A stretch of 64,000 nt of DNA. Source: Chitinophagaceae bacterium (lineage in GTDB: Bacteria; Bacteroidota; Bacteroidia; Chitinophagales; Chitinophagaceae). A program made the translations under genes and the position numbers. Below the pieces are notes generated by a model that saw only the letters and a list, made by a program, of their open reading frames with translations, searched no databases and was not told the DNA's origin. Below, piece after piece: positions 48,196 through 58,875 of this stretch. How positions within the stretch are numbered: the stretch's first letter is position 1; each line of letters opens with the position of its first letter. The DNA lies in NCBI GenBank assembly GCA_965246935.1, contig CBDFGC010000006.1, positions 293,961 to 357,960 on the forward strand, read 5' to 3'.

Positions 48196-49686
48196 TTACA
48201 TTCCCACCCAAACTCTTTCTGCCAGGTTATCATCCTTACTTTCCAGCAGTGATGGCCGGTTCATCAGAAACTCATCCACTTTACGGGCACATTCGCGGCC
48301 CTCGCTGATAGCCCATACCACCAGGCTCTGCCCACGGCGCATATCGCCTGCGGCAAACACTTTGGGTATAGAAGTCTGGTAGCTTTTTTCTGCTGCTTTT
48401 ACATTGCCACGGACATCTTTTTCAATACCCAGGCTGTTAATCATCCCCTCATGTTGCGGACGCAAAAAGCCCATGGCCAGCAGCACTAAATCACAGGGTA
48501 TTTCCCGTTCACTGCCGGCCACTTCTATAAAGTGTGCTGGTTTTCCATCCTGGCCGCTCACCCATTCTACATCGTTTAACCGTAATGCCTTTAATTCACC
48601 CTGCCCGTTGCCTATAAATTCTTTGGTATTCATGGCCCAATGGCGGTAAGCCCCTTCTTCGTGGCTGCTGGTGGTTTTCAGCAGCATCGGGTATAACGGC
48701 CAGGGCATTACATCTGTACGGCTATCCGGTGGTTTGCTTAATAGTTCCAGTTGCGTAACACTTAGGGCGCCCTGCCGGTTGCTGGTACCTACACAATCAC
48801 TGCCGGTATCGCCGCCGCCAATAACTACCACATGCTTGCCGGTAGCAGAAATCCGTTCCGCAATTGCATCCGCTACGCCTCCCACTTCCTTGTTTTGTTG
48901 TTTTAAAAAATCCATGGCGAAATGAATTCCCTTTAATGTCCTGCCGGGTTTTTCCAGATCACGGGGAATGGTACTTCCCCCTGCCAGTACAATGGAATGA
49001 TAGTCCCGCAACAGGTCGTTCATCTTAATGTCCACACCGATGTTGGTATTGCAAATAAAACGGATGCCGCTTTCCTCCATTAGTTTCAGGCGGCGGTCGA
49101 TCACCCATTTTTCCAGTTTAAAATCGGGGATGCCGTAGCGTAGCAAACCACCCGGTTTATCGTCCCGTTCGTACACCGTTACCTGGTGGCCGGCACTGTT
49201 TAGTTGTGCTGCTGCTGCCAGGCCCGCCGGGCCACTGCCAATTACAGCTACTTTTTTACCCGTACGTACGGCAGGTTGCTTCGCCTGTACATAGCCTTCT
49301 TTAAAAGCAATTTCGATAATATGCTTTTCAATTTCCTCAATGGTTACCGGAGGCTGGTTAATGCCCAGTACACAGGCACTTTCGCAGGGGGCCGGACAAA
49401 TGCGCCCCGTAAATTCCGGGAAATTGTTCGTAGCCGAAAGAATGCGGTAAGCCTCCAGCCAGTCCTGCTGATAGACAGCATCATTAAACTCCGGAATTAC
49501 ATTACCCAGCGGACAGCCGCTATGGCAAAAAGGCACCCCGCAATCCATACAGCGGGCACTTTGTTTATTCAGTTCATCATCCGAAAACAGGAACTGAAAT
49601 TCCTTATAATCGTGCAGCCGTTCCTGCACGGGCCGTTTGGCGGGCATATGCCGTTCAAATTCTAAAAAGCCGGTTGGTTTTGCCAT
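48196..49686 (-). CDS. gltD: Glutamate synthase small-subunit-like NADPH-dependent oxidoreductase (GltD family), no adjacent gltB
   Basis: Fe-S cysteine cluster CMDCGVPFCHSGCPLGN, FAD/NAD Rossmann motifs VAVIGSGPAGLAAA and VVVIGGGDTGSDC; 496 aa. Confidence 0.8.
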   Translation of the reverse strand: MAKPTGFLEFERHMPAKRPVQERLHDYKEFQFLFSDDELNKQSARCMDCGVPFCHSGCPLGNVIPEFNDAVYQQDWLEAYRILSATNNFPEFTGRICPAPCESACVLGINQPPVTIEEIEKHIIEIAFKEGYVQAKQPAVRTGKKVAVIGSGPAGLAAAAQLNSAGHQVTVYERDDKPGGLLRYGIPDFKLEKWVIDRRLKLMEESGIRFICNTNIGVDIKMNDLLRDYHSIVLAGGSTIPRDLEKPGRTLKGIHFAMDFLKQQNKEVGGVADAIAERISATGKHVVVIGGGDTGSDCVGTSNRQGALSVTQLELLSKPPDSRTDVMPWPLYPMLLKTTSSHEEGAYRHWAMNTKEFIGNGQGELKALRLNDVEWVSGQDGKPAHFIEVAGSEREIPCDLVLLAMGFLRPQHEGMINSLGIEKDVRGNVKAAEKSYQTSIPKVFAAGDMRRGQSLVVWAISEGRECARKVDEFLMNRPSLLESKDDNLAERVWVGM

Positions 49687-49793
49687 ATTGTGAGTTTCGT
49701 GAATCGTGAATCGTCAATGAAAACCGTGAATGATCAATAATGTGTTTTAAACCTTGAACTTTAAACCTATATCTCAGGAATGCAGCAAAGTAA

Positions 49794-50186
49794 TTAGATA
49801 GCATGTAATTTTTCCAATAAAATCTCGTTGCCCGATTTATCAAAATAAGTACAGGTCATTTTTTGGAAGTCAACCGTCCACTTGTAAACGCCTGTTTCGG
49901 CAGCATGTTGGCAAAATGTGGCGTAATCGGTTTCTCCCTGCTGGTGAATTTTTAAGTAATGCCTGAATGTTGGCTCATCCGTTTCTGGTGCTATTGTTAA
50001 CAGCGGTCCATTGCTTTCAGAAGCAGCATTAAAATCATTTTCACCGAAATATACCTGCTGCCCGTTACTCAAATACGTATCATATTTTTTTACGCCTAAT
50101 TGTATCAGGTCCTGCACATACGCCGGAAAGTCCGCCCCGCTTTTCACTTTTGTATGGGCTTCTTTTATCTGTTTGATCGTAAACAT
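49794..50186 (-). CDS. Hypothetical protein, possibly DUF1398 family
   Basis: 130 aa; IKEAHTKVKSGADFPAYVQDLIQLGVKKYDTYLSNGQQVYFG resembles DUF1398 N-terminus from memory. Confidence 0.35.
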   Translation of the reverse strand: MFTIKQIKEAHTKVKSGADFPAYVQDLIQLGVKKYDTYLSNGQQVYFGENDFNAASESNGPLLTIAPETDEPTFRHYLKIHQQGETDYATFCQHAAETGVYKWTVDFQKMTCTYFDKSGNEILLEKLHAI

Positions 50187-50265
50187 CGCTACTGTTTATA
50201 CGGGTGAACAATTTGTGTAAAGGATAGTACGAAGTATACAAATGTGGTTTGGCATGAAAGTCAGT

Positions 50266-50751
50266 TTACACAAATAAGCCCCATTCATCTTCATACTCAT
50301 CTTTCTGAAAAGTACTTACCCATTGCCGGAACAATAGCCGGAATTTATCCATTGCCTGCCGGATTACCTGCTGGTGGCGCTCATCCGCCATATCGGTCAT
50401 TACGGCAAAGCCTATTTGCTCCATGAGTTGCGTGCAATTTACCCGTATAATGGCTGCGTTTTCCATTTTAATAACATAGAGCGTATCACCGGCAGCGCTC
50501 ATGATTTTAGCGCCTACGATCATGAGGTTTTCGTACATCAGCCGCTTGGTAGAATCTTCATCATTCATCAGGGCATTATCCGTTAATGAATCGGCAATGG
50601 CAATGCCTAAGTCAAACACTTCCCGCCACTGCTGATACAGGGCTTTGGCAGCCTCAATAGCCGGGCGTGTTTTCCATTCCTCGCCATCATCGGCCAGGCG
50701 CAACAGCCTTTCATTCCACTCAGGCAAATAGCTCAGTTTATTCAAATCCAT
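50266..50751 (-). CDS. Hypothetical protein
   Basis: 161-aa ORF, acidic. Confidence 0.35.
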   Translation of the reverse strand: MDLNKLSYLPEWNERLLRLADDGEEWKTRPAIEAAKALYQQWREVFDLGIAIADSLTDNALMNDEDSTKRLMYENLMIVGAKIMSAAGDTLYVIKMENAAIIRVNCTQLMEQIGFAVMTDMADERHQQVIRQAMDKFRLLFRQWVSTFQKDEYEDEWGLFV

Positions 50752-51253
50752 ATAAGCAGACGCTGGTTGGTATTATAAAAGAATGAAGATAACCAATCTA
50801 TTTATAGAATGGATACGAACGGGATGATAACAGGAACGTCAGAATGATTGAACATTGCCGGTATAGTTGTTAGAGCAAGCAAGGCCCATCCATCGTATAC
50901 ATGCAAAAACGCTTTTGTCATGAACGTAACAACAGTGCTTGATACCAAATTCAAACAGGCAATCGCTGCCATACCTTCATGCGTTAATCAAAAGTATCCA
51001 AAGTAAGGGTGCAGGCAGCGCTGTTGGATAAGTTGCGGGTTGCCCTTTACGTTTCTCCCGTTCTGCAATGAGCTTTGGTTTTAGTTTTGCCGGGCGGTAA
51101 TAATTTGTTGGCCGCTTAGCCCTTCTTCATCCGGCTTAATGATCTGAAAGAAGCGGAAGCCTTAGGCTCCCCGGTCTTTGAAGCACATAGCTTATACTTT
51201 TATCCTGGCTAAGTAACTTACAATGACACGCTATAAATTATCTTAGTAAATGA

Positions 51254-52537
51254 AAATAAATAAGTTGAACAAAAAGCAGTATAAATTTGGGATAAAAACC
51301 AGAGATGATAAGCCCCTATAATCATCAAATAGAAGAGCTAATGCGTCTTCATTATAATCGGCTGTCAGAAAGGGAAAAGCGTTGGTATGCGGCTGTTGAA
51401 GCATCTAAATTAGGCTGGGGCGGTACGACTTACATCAGCCACCTGTTACAACTCAGCCGTACTACAGTCACGGTTGCCAAAAAGGAAATGCAGGCTGGCT
51501 TACTACAACCCCAAGTGCCAACAGCAGGCAGGCAGCGAAAAACAGGCGGCGGGCGAAAAAAAAAGTACAGAAAAGCTGGCTGATGCCACCTTACAGTTGA
51601 TCATTTTACTTCAAAGCCTCAAAGCCGGTAGCCCCACCGATGCAACTGTTTACTGGATAAGCCTCAGGCCCCGGCAAGTAGCACAACTCTTTGAAGCACA
51701 GCATCAGTTTAAAATAAGCCATAGTTTTGTAAAGCGGGTACTCAAAGAACAGGGGTATGGCTATCGAAAACAGTCCAAACAATTAGCCACTGGCAGCTAC
51801 AGCCGTCGCAATGAGCAGTTTGAAATCATTTGTGCGATGGTATTGGTAATGAGCCTGCAAAGCCCTGTGCTCAGCATGGATTGCAAGAAAAAAGAGCGGT
51901 TAGGTAATTTATACAGAGGGGGCAAATGCTACAGCACCAAAGCTATGAAAGTATATGACCACGATTATGAGCATTTATCAGAAGGCAAAGTCATTCCTCA
52001 TGGAATTTATGATATGCAGGCCAATAAAGGCTATATCTCTATCGGGGGCAGCAGCGAAACAGCAGATTTTGTAATAGACAACCTGCTATGGTGGTGGTGG
52101 GAACATGGTATTCATCGCTACCCGGATGCAAAGAACATCCTGTTGTTCTGCGATGCAGGAGGTGCCAATAGCTATCGCCATCATGCCTTTAAGTACCAGC
52201 TACAGCTCTTTGCCAAGGAAACAGGCTTATCTGTTATTGTATGTCACTATCCGCCTTACTGTTCTAAATGGAACCCGATAGAACATCGCCTGTTCTGTCA
52301 GGTGCATAAAGCGATGGAAGGTGTTGTTTTTACCGATTATCAAACTGTTCAACAATGTATCGGGCAGACCGCTACTCAAACAGGCTTAACAGTGGCGGTA
52401 AGGCTCAACCTTCAGCAATACACAACAGGCAGGAAGATAGATAAAGAACTTATTGATCAAAACCGAATAACCTTTCATCCCCTCATTCCGGAACTCAACT
52501 ATAGAATCTATCCATGATTTGTTCAACTTATTTATTT
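51254..52537 (+). mobile_element. ISAzo13-family insertion sequence (~1.28 kb) with 20-bp perfect terminal inverted repeats
   Basis: TIR aaataaataagttgaacaaa at 51254-51273 and its reverse complement at 52518-52537; encodes DDE transposase with DCKKKERLGN motif. Confidence 0.75.
51305..52517 (+). CDS. ISAzo13-family DDE transposase, two overlapping frames joined by frameshift in A9 tract (51556-51564)
   Basis: N-terminal HTH ORF ends ...TGGGRKKKYRKAG*; downstream frame continues ...EKKSTEKLADATLQLI; LSMDCKKKERLGNLYRGG, DAGGANS, CHYPPYCSKWNPIEHRLF typical of family. Confidence 0.7.
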
Positions 52538-54592
52538 CGCTTTACTTATCAGCATAACCATTCCTTTTTTGAAAATTTTCTTACCGGTATAATCTTTCCC
52601 CTGTACCATGTATAGGTATGCTCCTGTCAATAATTCGCCGGAACTGATAGCGCCATTCCAACCCTTATTTACTTCCGAAGTGGTAAATACAGCCTGCCCA
52701 TAGCGGTTGTAAACAGTAAAATAATCCAGCTTTGTTATCCCTATTAAAATGGGTTTCAGCACATCGTTTTTTCCATCGCCGTTTGGCGTAAAGCCTGTAG
52801 GTACTAAAATAGCAGGACCACTTTTGAATACAGTTATTTTTACATCATCCGTGGCAGCGCAACCTTCTTTTGTGGTAGCGGTTAGTGTAAAAGCGACGAT
52901 GTCCGGAGCAGCCACGTTAAAGGTAGCTACCGGGTTTTGAATGGTACCATTATTTAAAAAAGAAGTGGGTTGCCAGCTATATTGTAAGGTAGCGGTATTG
53001 CCCGGGCTGCTGCCATTTAATTGCAAAGGCTGCCCGATAATGGCAAACGTGTCGTTGCCGGCAAAGGTGATAAACTTTTGTATCACTTTTATTGTAACGG
53101 TATCGCTTACTGTTTTAGGACAATAAAATGTATCTCTTACAGATAAGATATAACTGGTGGTATTTACCGGCGTGGCAACCGGGTTTAAAATTGTGTTGTT
53201 TGATAAAGCGGTGACCGGGCTCCAGTTGAAATAAGAAGCGTTAATTACCCCATTCAGCCTAATGCTGTTACCAACACAAATAGCGGTATCGGCACTGGCT
53301 TTTACTGTAGGATAAGGGGAGGCATGCACAATTATTGTAGCACTGTCTGTGCACAGGCCCAATGTTCCGGTTACAGAATACACCGTGTTTTGCATTACAG
53401 GCAATGCTTTCGGATTTTTTACATAATAATTACTTAGTGTATTACCGCCGCCGCTTTCTTTCCATACATAGTTCACCGCATCACTAATGGGATTCAGGAT
53501 AGTGTTGTCGGTCATGCACACGGCTGTATCTGTTACCAGTTTTACAGAAATGCTATTGAAGATTTTAATGGTTGCCGTGGCAGAATCTATAAAGCCGTTA
53601 TCACCGGTGATGTTGAGCTTTAGCGTATAGGTGCCAACACCGGGATAGGTGTACGTTGGCATGGCAAGATGAGAGGTATCGGCATTCGTAGTGAGATCAC
53701 CAAAATCCCAGCGGTATGTCGTAATGGCCGGGCAGGTTGGTTGCTCCGCCTTAAAGTTGAACGTAAAGATTTTGCAATTGCTGTAGAGCGGTTTTAACAG
53801 CGGTTTTACGAAAGGGCAACTGGTTACTTTAATCTGGGATTCTTTTTTGGCCGTGTTTAGCAGAACACCGTTACGCCATTCGCTGGCATATACGGCAATG
53901 GTATATCCGCCGGGCTTATCAGGCGCTGTGCCGGTAAGCGTACCGGTAACAGGGTCAATGCTGAAAACCCCGGTACCCAGGGGGTCGGTACCGCTATACT
54001 GCGCCCAGTATTGCACAGGGATATTCGGAGGAGAAGTACCCGGATCTCTTACGCCGTCAACGGCATTACCAATGCTGTAAGAAATAGAATCACCATCCGG
54101 GTCGGTAGCAGTAAATGGAAAAGAAAAGGACGTATTCCGGCAAACGGTCATCGTATCATTAATACTGAATTGCAGGCTTTTATTTCTATGGTAATCAATG
54201 CCATTCATGAATCCGGGAATAGTCGTTGTAAATAATATCCCCGAATTTGCCGGATCGTAGATACTCACAATACTGGTATCTCTTGTAAAAAGGGATGCGG
54301 CAATTAAATAACCATGCGGATTATCAGGCAAGGTGATAGATCCGCCCACGGCAATCATTTTATACGCATTATTTAAAGCTGTAGCATTAGTACAAGGCGG
54401 AAACCGGTTGGAGGTGAAAAAATTATAAATTGTATCTACTGTGGTAGCACTACGTACAGGCGTCCCGTTTACAGCATCGTAGGCGTAAAAAGTAATTGAG
54501 CGGTAGTTGCCATTGGTAACGGCTTTCCATATCGTTACATAATAAATATTCGTGTGGTCATCGTTATTTGGATACAAAAACTCACATTCCAT
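52532..54592 (-). CDS. Secreted protein with T9SS type B (CHU_C / gliding-motility-associated) C-terminal sorting domain
   Basis: C-terminus FTPNGDGKNDVLKP...FTVYNRYGQAVFTTSE...GWNGAISSGELLTGAYLYMV is the classical CHU_C domain; 686 aa. Confidence 0.75.
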   Translation of the reverse strand: MECEFLYPNNDDHTNIYYVTIWKAVTNGNYRSITFYAYDAVNGTPVRSATTVDTIYNFFTSNRFPPCTNATALNNAYKMIAVGGSITLPDNPHGYLIAASLFTRDTSIVSIYDPANSGILFTTTIPGFMNGIDYHRNKSLQFSINDTMTVCRNTSFSFPFTATDPDGDSISYSIGNAVDGVRDPGTSPPNIPVQYWAQYSGTDPLGTGVFSIDPVTGTLTGTAPDKPGGYTIAVYASEWRNGVLLNTAKKESQIKVTSCPFVKPLLKPLYSNCKIFTFNFKAEQPTCPAITTYRWDFGDLTTNADTSHLAMPTYTYPGVGTYTLKLNITGDNGFIDSATATIKIFNSISVKLVTDTAVCMTDNTILNPISDAVNYVWKESGGGNTLSNYYVKNPKALPVMQNTVYSVTGTLGLCTDSATIIVHASPYPTVKASADTAICVGNSIRLNGVINASYFNWSPVTALSNNTILNPVATPVNTTSYILSVRDTFYCPKTVSDTVTIKVIQKFITFAGNDTFAIIGQPLQLNGSSPGNTATLQYSWQPTSFLNNGTIQNPVATFNVAAPDIVAFTLTATTKEGCAATDDVKITVFKSGPAILVPTGFTPNGDGKNDVLKPILIGITKLDYFTVYNRYGQAVFTTSEVNKGWNGAISSGELLTGAYLYMVQGKDYTGKKIFKKGMVMLISKAK

Positions 54593-54977
54593 CCAGCCCC
54601 CCTTTAGTTGTTGAGCAAAGCCTGTAGCAGTAACTAATAATGATAGTAATATAGAAAACGGCCCTTTCAGAAAGATGAATTATTTACACTGGTTTGTAAT
54701 ACGGATTTCCTGCTTCTGATTGCAGGCCTGCTTATATAATACAACCGGGCGGCTCAGCAGGGTTACAGACTGTAAAGATATATCCCGGCTGCTCCTGGAA
54801 AATGTTTACCGGTGTCCGTAAATTAATACGCACGGTTTGCCATGCAGATGATGCGGGGCGAAAATTAGTAGGGGAAAATCATCCATCCCTTTGCGCCCTT
54901 TATCCATTTTACAGCATTTACTGTTAGCTCAATTTCGCTTAGTCAAATATTGACACTAACAACTCAAATTTTACAAC

Positions 54978-55523
54978 ATGAAATCATTTACGGTTCCGGA
55001 CAGAGAATCTGTATCGCCGGCTAACCAGGTTAATTTTGATGCCCTGAAAAAAGCATTGGGCATGGTTCCTAACCTCTATGCCACTATCGCACTTTCCGAC
55101 AATGGACTAAGCCGTTACCTTGCTTATCAAAGTGCGCCCACTTCTTTAAGCAATAAAGAAAAAGAAGCGGTAAACCTGGTAGTGAGCCAGGTAAACGGAT
55201 GCGTGTATTGCCAGAGTGCACATACGGTGCTGGGCAAAATGAATGGCTTTTTGGATGATGAAATTTTATCCATCCGTTCCGGCCAAAGCAGCAACCCTAC
55301 ATTGAATGCATTGGTGGCGTTGGCAAAGGACATTACTAAAAACAAAGGAAGGGTTTCCGAAAGCATACTGGATGGTTTTTATAATGCGGGATATACTGAT
55401 GGCAACCTGGTAGATTTGATTTTACAGATAAGCGATAAGATTGCTATGAACTACCTGCATAACCTTACCCAAATTCCGGTTGACTTTCCGATGGCACAAC
55501 CACTTGAAGCGGTAGCAGCCTGA
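54978..55523 (+). CDS. Carboxymuconolactone decarboxylase / AhpD-like family protein
   Basis: CVYCQSAHT (CxxC..H AhpD core motif). Confidence 0.7.
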   Translation: MKSFTVPDRESVSPANQVNFDALKKALGMVPNLYATIALSDNGLSRYLAYQSAPTSLSNKEKEAVNLVVSQVNGCVYCQSAHTVLGKMNGFLDDEILSIRSGQSSNPTLNALVALAKDITKNKGRVSESILDGFYNAGYTDGNLVDLILQISDKIAMNYLHNLTQIPVDFPMAQPLEAVAA

Positions 55524-55704
55524 GTTAAATGATCCGGGTACATTCAGATTGTTTTATAAGGATATGGTAGAAAGGGAGATGCGAAAAGCGCCGGAGACAT
55601 AGGAGATAAAAGGTAAATAGTACAGCATCGTATTTAATAAAATGCTCCGGCGCTTTTGTTATTTAAACAAGAGATAGCTTGCAAATTGAAAAACTTTTTT
55701 ACGT

Positions 55705-56118
55705 ATGGAAATGAAATATCCGCTGCCTCCCTTTACGATGGAAACTGCGCTGCAAAAGGTACAGATGGCTGAAGATGCCTGGAATACAAAAGACCCCGAA
55801 AAGGTTTGCCTTGCTTATACGATAGATACGGAATGGCGTAACCGCACTGAATTCTTACATGGCCGTGAAGAAGTAAAAGCTTTTTTAGTGCGTAAGTGGC
55901 AAAAGGAATTAAACTATAAGCTGAAAAAAGAATTGTGGGGTTTTCGTGAAAACCGCATGGCGGTTAGGTTCGAATACGAATGGCATAATGAGAACGGTCA
56001 GTGGTTTCGTAGTTATGGCAATGAGTTGTGGGAGTTTGATGAGGCCGGGTTGATGCGAAAACGATTTGCCAGTATTAATGATTTGCCGATAATGGAAAGC
56101 GAAAGAACACTACAATAG
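55705..56118 (+). CDS. DUF1348 (SnoaL-like fold) family protein
   Basis: 137 aa, conserved W/E-rich pattern EWRNRTEF...[25 protein letters not shown]. Confidence 0.55.
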   Translation: MEMKYPLPPFTMETALQKVQMAEDAWNTKDPEKVCLAYTIDTEWRNRTEFLHGREEVKAFLVRKWQKELNYKLKKELWGFRENRMAVRFEYEWHNENGQWFRSYGNELWEFDEAGLMRKRFASINDLPIMESERTLQ

Positions 56119-56133
56119 TAATACTATAAACAA

Positions 56134-57006
56134 ATGAATTCATCTGCGCTAACGCTGGTAAATCCGGAAAATGGTAACCTGGCTTTTAAGATTTTTTCTT
56201 TCGACGATAACAGCCATTTTGATCATTTGCAGCGGCTGAATTATTATTCCATTTTACTAATAAAAGAAGGTGAAGGAAAGCTGAGAGCCGATTTTGCAGA
56301 ATATGATTTTGCAAAAAATAATTTACTGGCCTTTGCACCCTACCAGCCATTTATGCTGATGGCAGATGCTTCATTAAAAGGGCAGGCTATTCATTTTCAT
56401 CCCGATTTTTTTTGCATCCATTATCACGAAAAAGAAGTGGCTTGTAATGGTGTTTTATTCAATGCCATTTACGATCCGCCGCTGCTCCCGTTACAGGCAT
56501 CCGAGGTATATAATCTTAGCCTGATCATCGGACAGATGCAGGTGGAAATGCAAAAACCTGAGCTGGCGCAATATGAACTACTGGTTTCCTTATTGAAGAT
56601 TTTTTTAATTCATGCATCCCGGTTTAAGGCGGCGGGCCAACCGGCAAAACAGGTGCTATTACCTGCGCAACCCTTCATATTGCAACAATTGAAAGATGCC
56701 ATTGAAGAACATTATAAAACAAAACATTCTGCGGGAGCGTATTCCTCGCTGCTCAATATATCGCCAAAGGCATTGGCAAAAATCACCAAATCACATTTTA
56801 ATAAAACACTTACACACCTCATCTCCGAACGCATTGTAATAGAAGCAAAACGGGAACTTTATTTAACATCAAAAACGGTGAAGGAAATTGCCTATCAGTT
56901 AGGCTTTGACGACGAATATTATTTCAGCCGCTTCTTTCGCAATAATGCTGATGTATCGCCGCAACTGTTTCGGGAAACAGTTGGTTTTGCAAGAGCCGAG
57001 GTATAA
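56134..57006 (+). CDS. AraC-family transcriptional regulator
   Basis: C-terminal tandem HTH: IAYQLGFDDEYYFSRFFRNNADVSPQLFR. Confidence 0.8.
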   Translation: MNSSALTLVNPENGNLAFKIFSFDDNSHFDHLQRLNYYSILLIKEGEGKLRADFAEYDFAKNNLLAFAPYQPFMLMADASLKGQAIHFHPDFFCIHYHEKEVACNGVLFNAIYDPPLLPLQASEVYNLSLIIGQMQVEMQKPELAQYELLVSLLKIFLIHASRFKAAGQPAKQVLLPAQPFILQQLKDAIEEHYKTKHSAGAYSSLLNISPKALAKITKSHFNKTLTHLISERIVIEAKRELYLTSKTVKEIAYQLGFDDEYYFSRFFRNNADVSPQLFRETVGFARAEV

Positions 57007-57141
57007 ATTAATTTAATTTTTATAAAGTCTCAAAGTGGCTATTCATAATTCTATCAGTTCCACTTATCTGATCTATTGTATTTGCGTATTGCTTATTGTC
57101 TGTTCCATCCCCTAATTTCAACTGTTATTGAACATTGCTAA

Positions 57142-57888
57142 CTATTTGTATTCGCTTCGCTGATCCTTTATAAACTTCCACATTACATCAAAGCTTGCCT
57201 GCTTCAGGCTGGCAGCGGTATGGCCCTGTACAGGTATAGCCGGTAGAATATAAATGCGTAAAAAAGTAGGCCTGAAATAAAATTTTTTGTGCGGTGGCAG
57301 TGCTGTGGCCGTACCAAAAAGGCAAACCGGAATTACGTCCTTTTTTGCATCAATTGCCAACCGGAAGGCGCCATCGTAAAAGGATTTGAGGGGTTGCCCG
57401 GTACGGTTGCGGGTACCTTCGGGATACAGCACCATGTGCAGGCCGGTCTTCAGCACCTGCCGCATGGCCTCGTAACTGCGGCGGCGGCTGGCATCGCTGT
57501 CCCTATCCACCAGTACCGATCCACGGGTATAAATCCAGCCGAACAGGGGTGTTTTAGCCATCGAACGTTTGGCGATGGTCTTATTGCCACCGGGTAAAAA
57601 AGGAGTCAACAGTGGCACATCCATCAGGGAGCTATGGTTGGCAACCACCACATAATTTTTCCCTTTCTTAAAATTCTCTTTTCCGTAAAACCGGAAGGGG
57701 CAGCCGGCAAGGTTCAAAAAAACGATCATCCATACCTGCGTAATAATGCCGAAAAGGCGTACGCCCGCAGGCTCGGGTATAAAGTAGGTTATTAATATCG
57801 GAATAATAATTACCAGCATGGTAATCACAAAAATCAGAATGGCCCATACGGCCCAGATAGCACCCAATATATTTTTCAGCACTTTCAT
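57142..57888 (-). CDS. plsC: 1-acyl-sn-glycerol-3-phosphate acyltransferase
   Basis: HxxxxD-type motif NHSSLMDVPLL and PEGTRNRTG; N-terminal TM. Confidence 0.8.
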   Translation of the reverse strand: MKVLKNILGAIWAVWAILIFVITMLVIIIPILITYFIPEPAGVRLFGIITQVWMIVFLNLAGCPFRFYGKENFKKGKNYVVVANHSSLMDVPLLTPFLPGGNKTIAKRSMAKTPLFGWIYTRGSVLVDRDSDASRRRSYEAMRQVLKTGLHMVLYPEGTRNRTGQPLKSFYDGAFRLAIDAKKDVIPVCLFGTATALPPHKKFYFRPTFLRIYILPAIPVQGHTAASLKQASFDVMWKFIKDQRSEYK

Positions 57889-58044
57889 GCCGCCAAATTA
57901 AAACAATAGCAATAAACACTGAGTAATATGCAACTGGCAATGTGCAATTGGCAGAATACAATTGGCCGTTGATATTTTGAAAACTGCCATTTATGTCGAT
58001 CCATTCCTGATTGCTTATTGCAGGTTGCCCATTGCCCATTTGCT

Positions 58045-58716
58045 TTACAGCTTCCAGTCTATCGGGTCTTCGCCATATTTGGCTAATGCTTCATTTGTTT
58101 TACTAAAATGTTTACAGCCAAAAAAACCATGGATGGCACTGTAGGGCGATGGATGTGCTGCTTTTAAAACGGTATGTTTGGTTTCATCAATCAATGCCTG
58201 CTTGGCATGGGCAAATTTGCCCCATAGCAAAAACACTACTCCTTTTTTCTGTTCCGAAATAGTGCTGATAACGGTATCGGTAAACTGGTGCCAGCCAATA
58301 TTGGCGTGGCTGTTGGCTTCGGCAGCCCGTACGGTTAGGGCAGCGTTTAACAATAATACACCCTGTTCGGCCCAGGGCGTCAGGTTACCGGTAGCAGGTA
58401 TTGGTACGCCCACATCATCACTCAATTCCTTAAAAATATTGACCAGCGATGGCGGTGGTGTTTTACCATCCGGTACGGAAAAACTCAACCCCATAGCCTG
58501 CCCTTTTCCGTGGTACGGATCCTGGCCCAGTAACACCACTTTTACTTTATCAAAAGGGGTGGTATTAAAAGCATTAAATATTTGTGAACCGGGCGGATAA
58601 ATGGTTTTACCGGCCGTCTTTTCCGTTTTCAGGTGCATGATGATCTGCAGGAAATACGGTTTGGTAAATTCATTTTTGAGATGCTGTTTCCAGCTTTCTT
58701 CTATTTGCACATCCAT
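58045..58716 (-). CDS. ung: Uracil-DNA glycosylase (family 1)
   Basis: GQDPYHGKGQAMGLSFSV, HPSPYSA motifs; likely start MDVQIEESWK (ORF-track N-terminal extension ignored). Confidence 0.88.
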   Translation of the reverse strand: MDVQIEESWKQHLKNEFTKPYFLQIIMHLKTEKTAGKTIYPPGSQIFNAFNTTPFDKVKVVLLGQDPYHGKGQAMGLSFSVPDGKTPPPSLVNIFKELSDDVGVPIPATGNLTPWAEQGVLLLNAALTVRAAEANSHANIGWHQFTDTVISTISEQKKGVVFLLWGKFAHAKQALIDETKHTVLKAAHPSPYSAIHGFFGCKHFSKTNEALAKYGEDPIDWKL

Positions 58717-58830
58717 ACGGCAGGCATTTATGATGAGTTGAAAATAAAATACATTTACGAAGAAAATTGGTTGAGGAAAAATGTAATTTATCTGCAACCT
58801 GATTTTTAAATAACAAAACTGGACTACTAC

Positions 58831-58863
58831 ATGCAAAAGTTTTCAAAATGAAAACTTTTGCAT
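58831..58863. promoter_or_regulatory. Perfect 15-bp-arm palindrome (probable HigA operator) overlapping a Bacteroidota-type -7 box TAggTTTG just upstream of higB
   Basis: atgcaaaagttttca-aaa-tgaaaacttttgcat; TAGGTTTG at 58863-58870, ATG at 58876. Confidence 0.6.
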
Positions 58864-58875
58864 AGGTTTGTAAAT

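Noticed and set aside
58716-58836. 40-aa N-terminal extension of ung ORF (MHVVVQFCYLK...)
   Set aside because: Hydrophobic, non-conserved; the family-1 UNG consensus begins near MDVQIEESWK, so the extension is an ORF-caller artefact.
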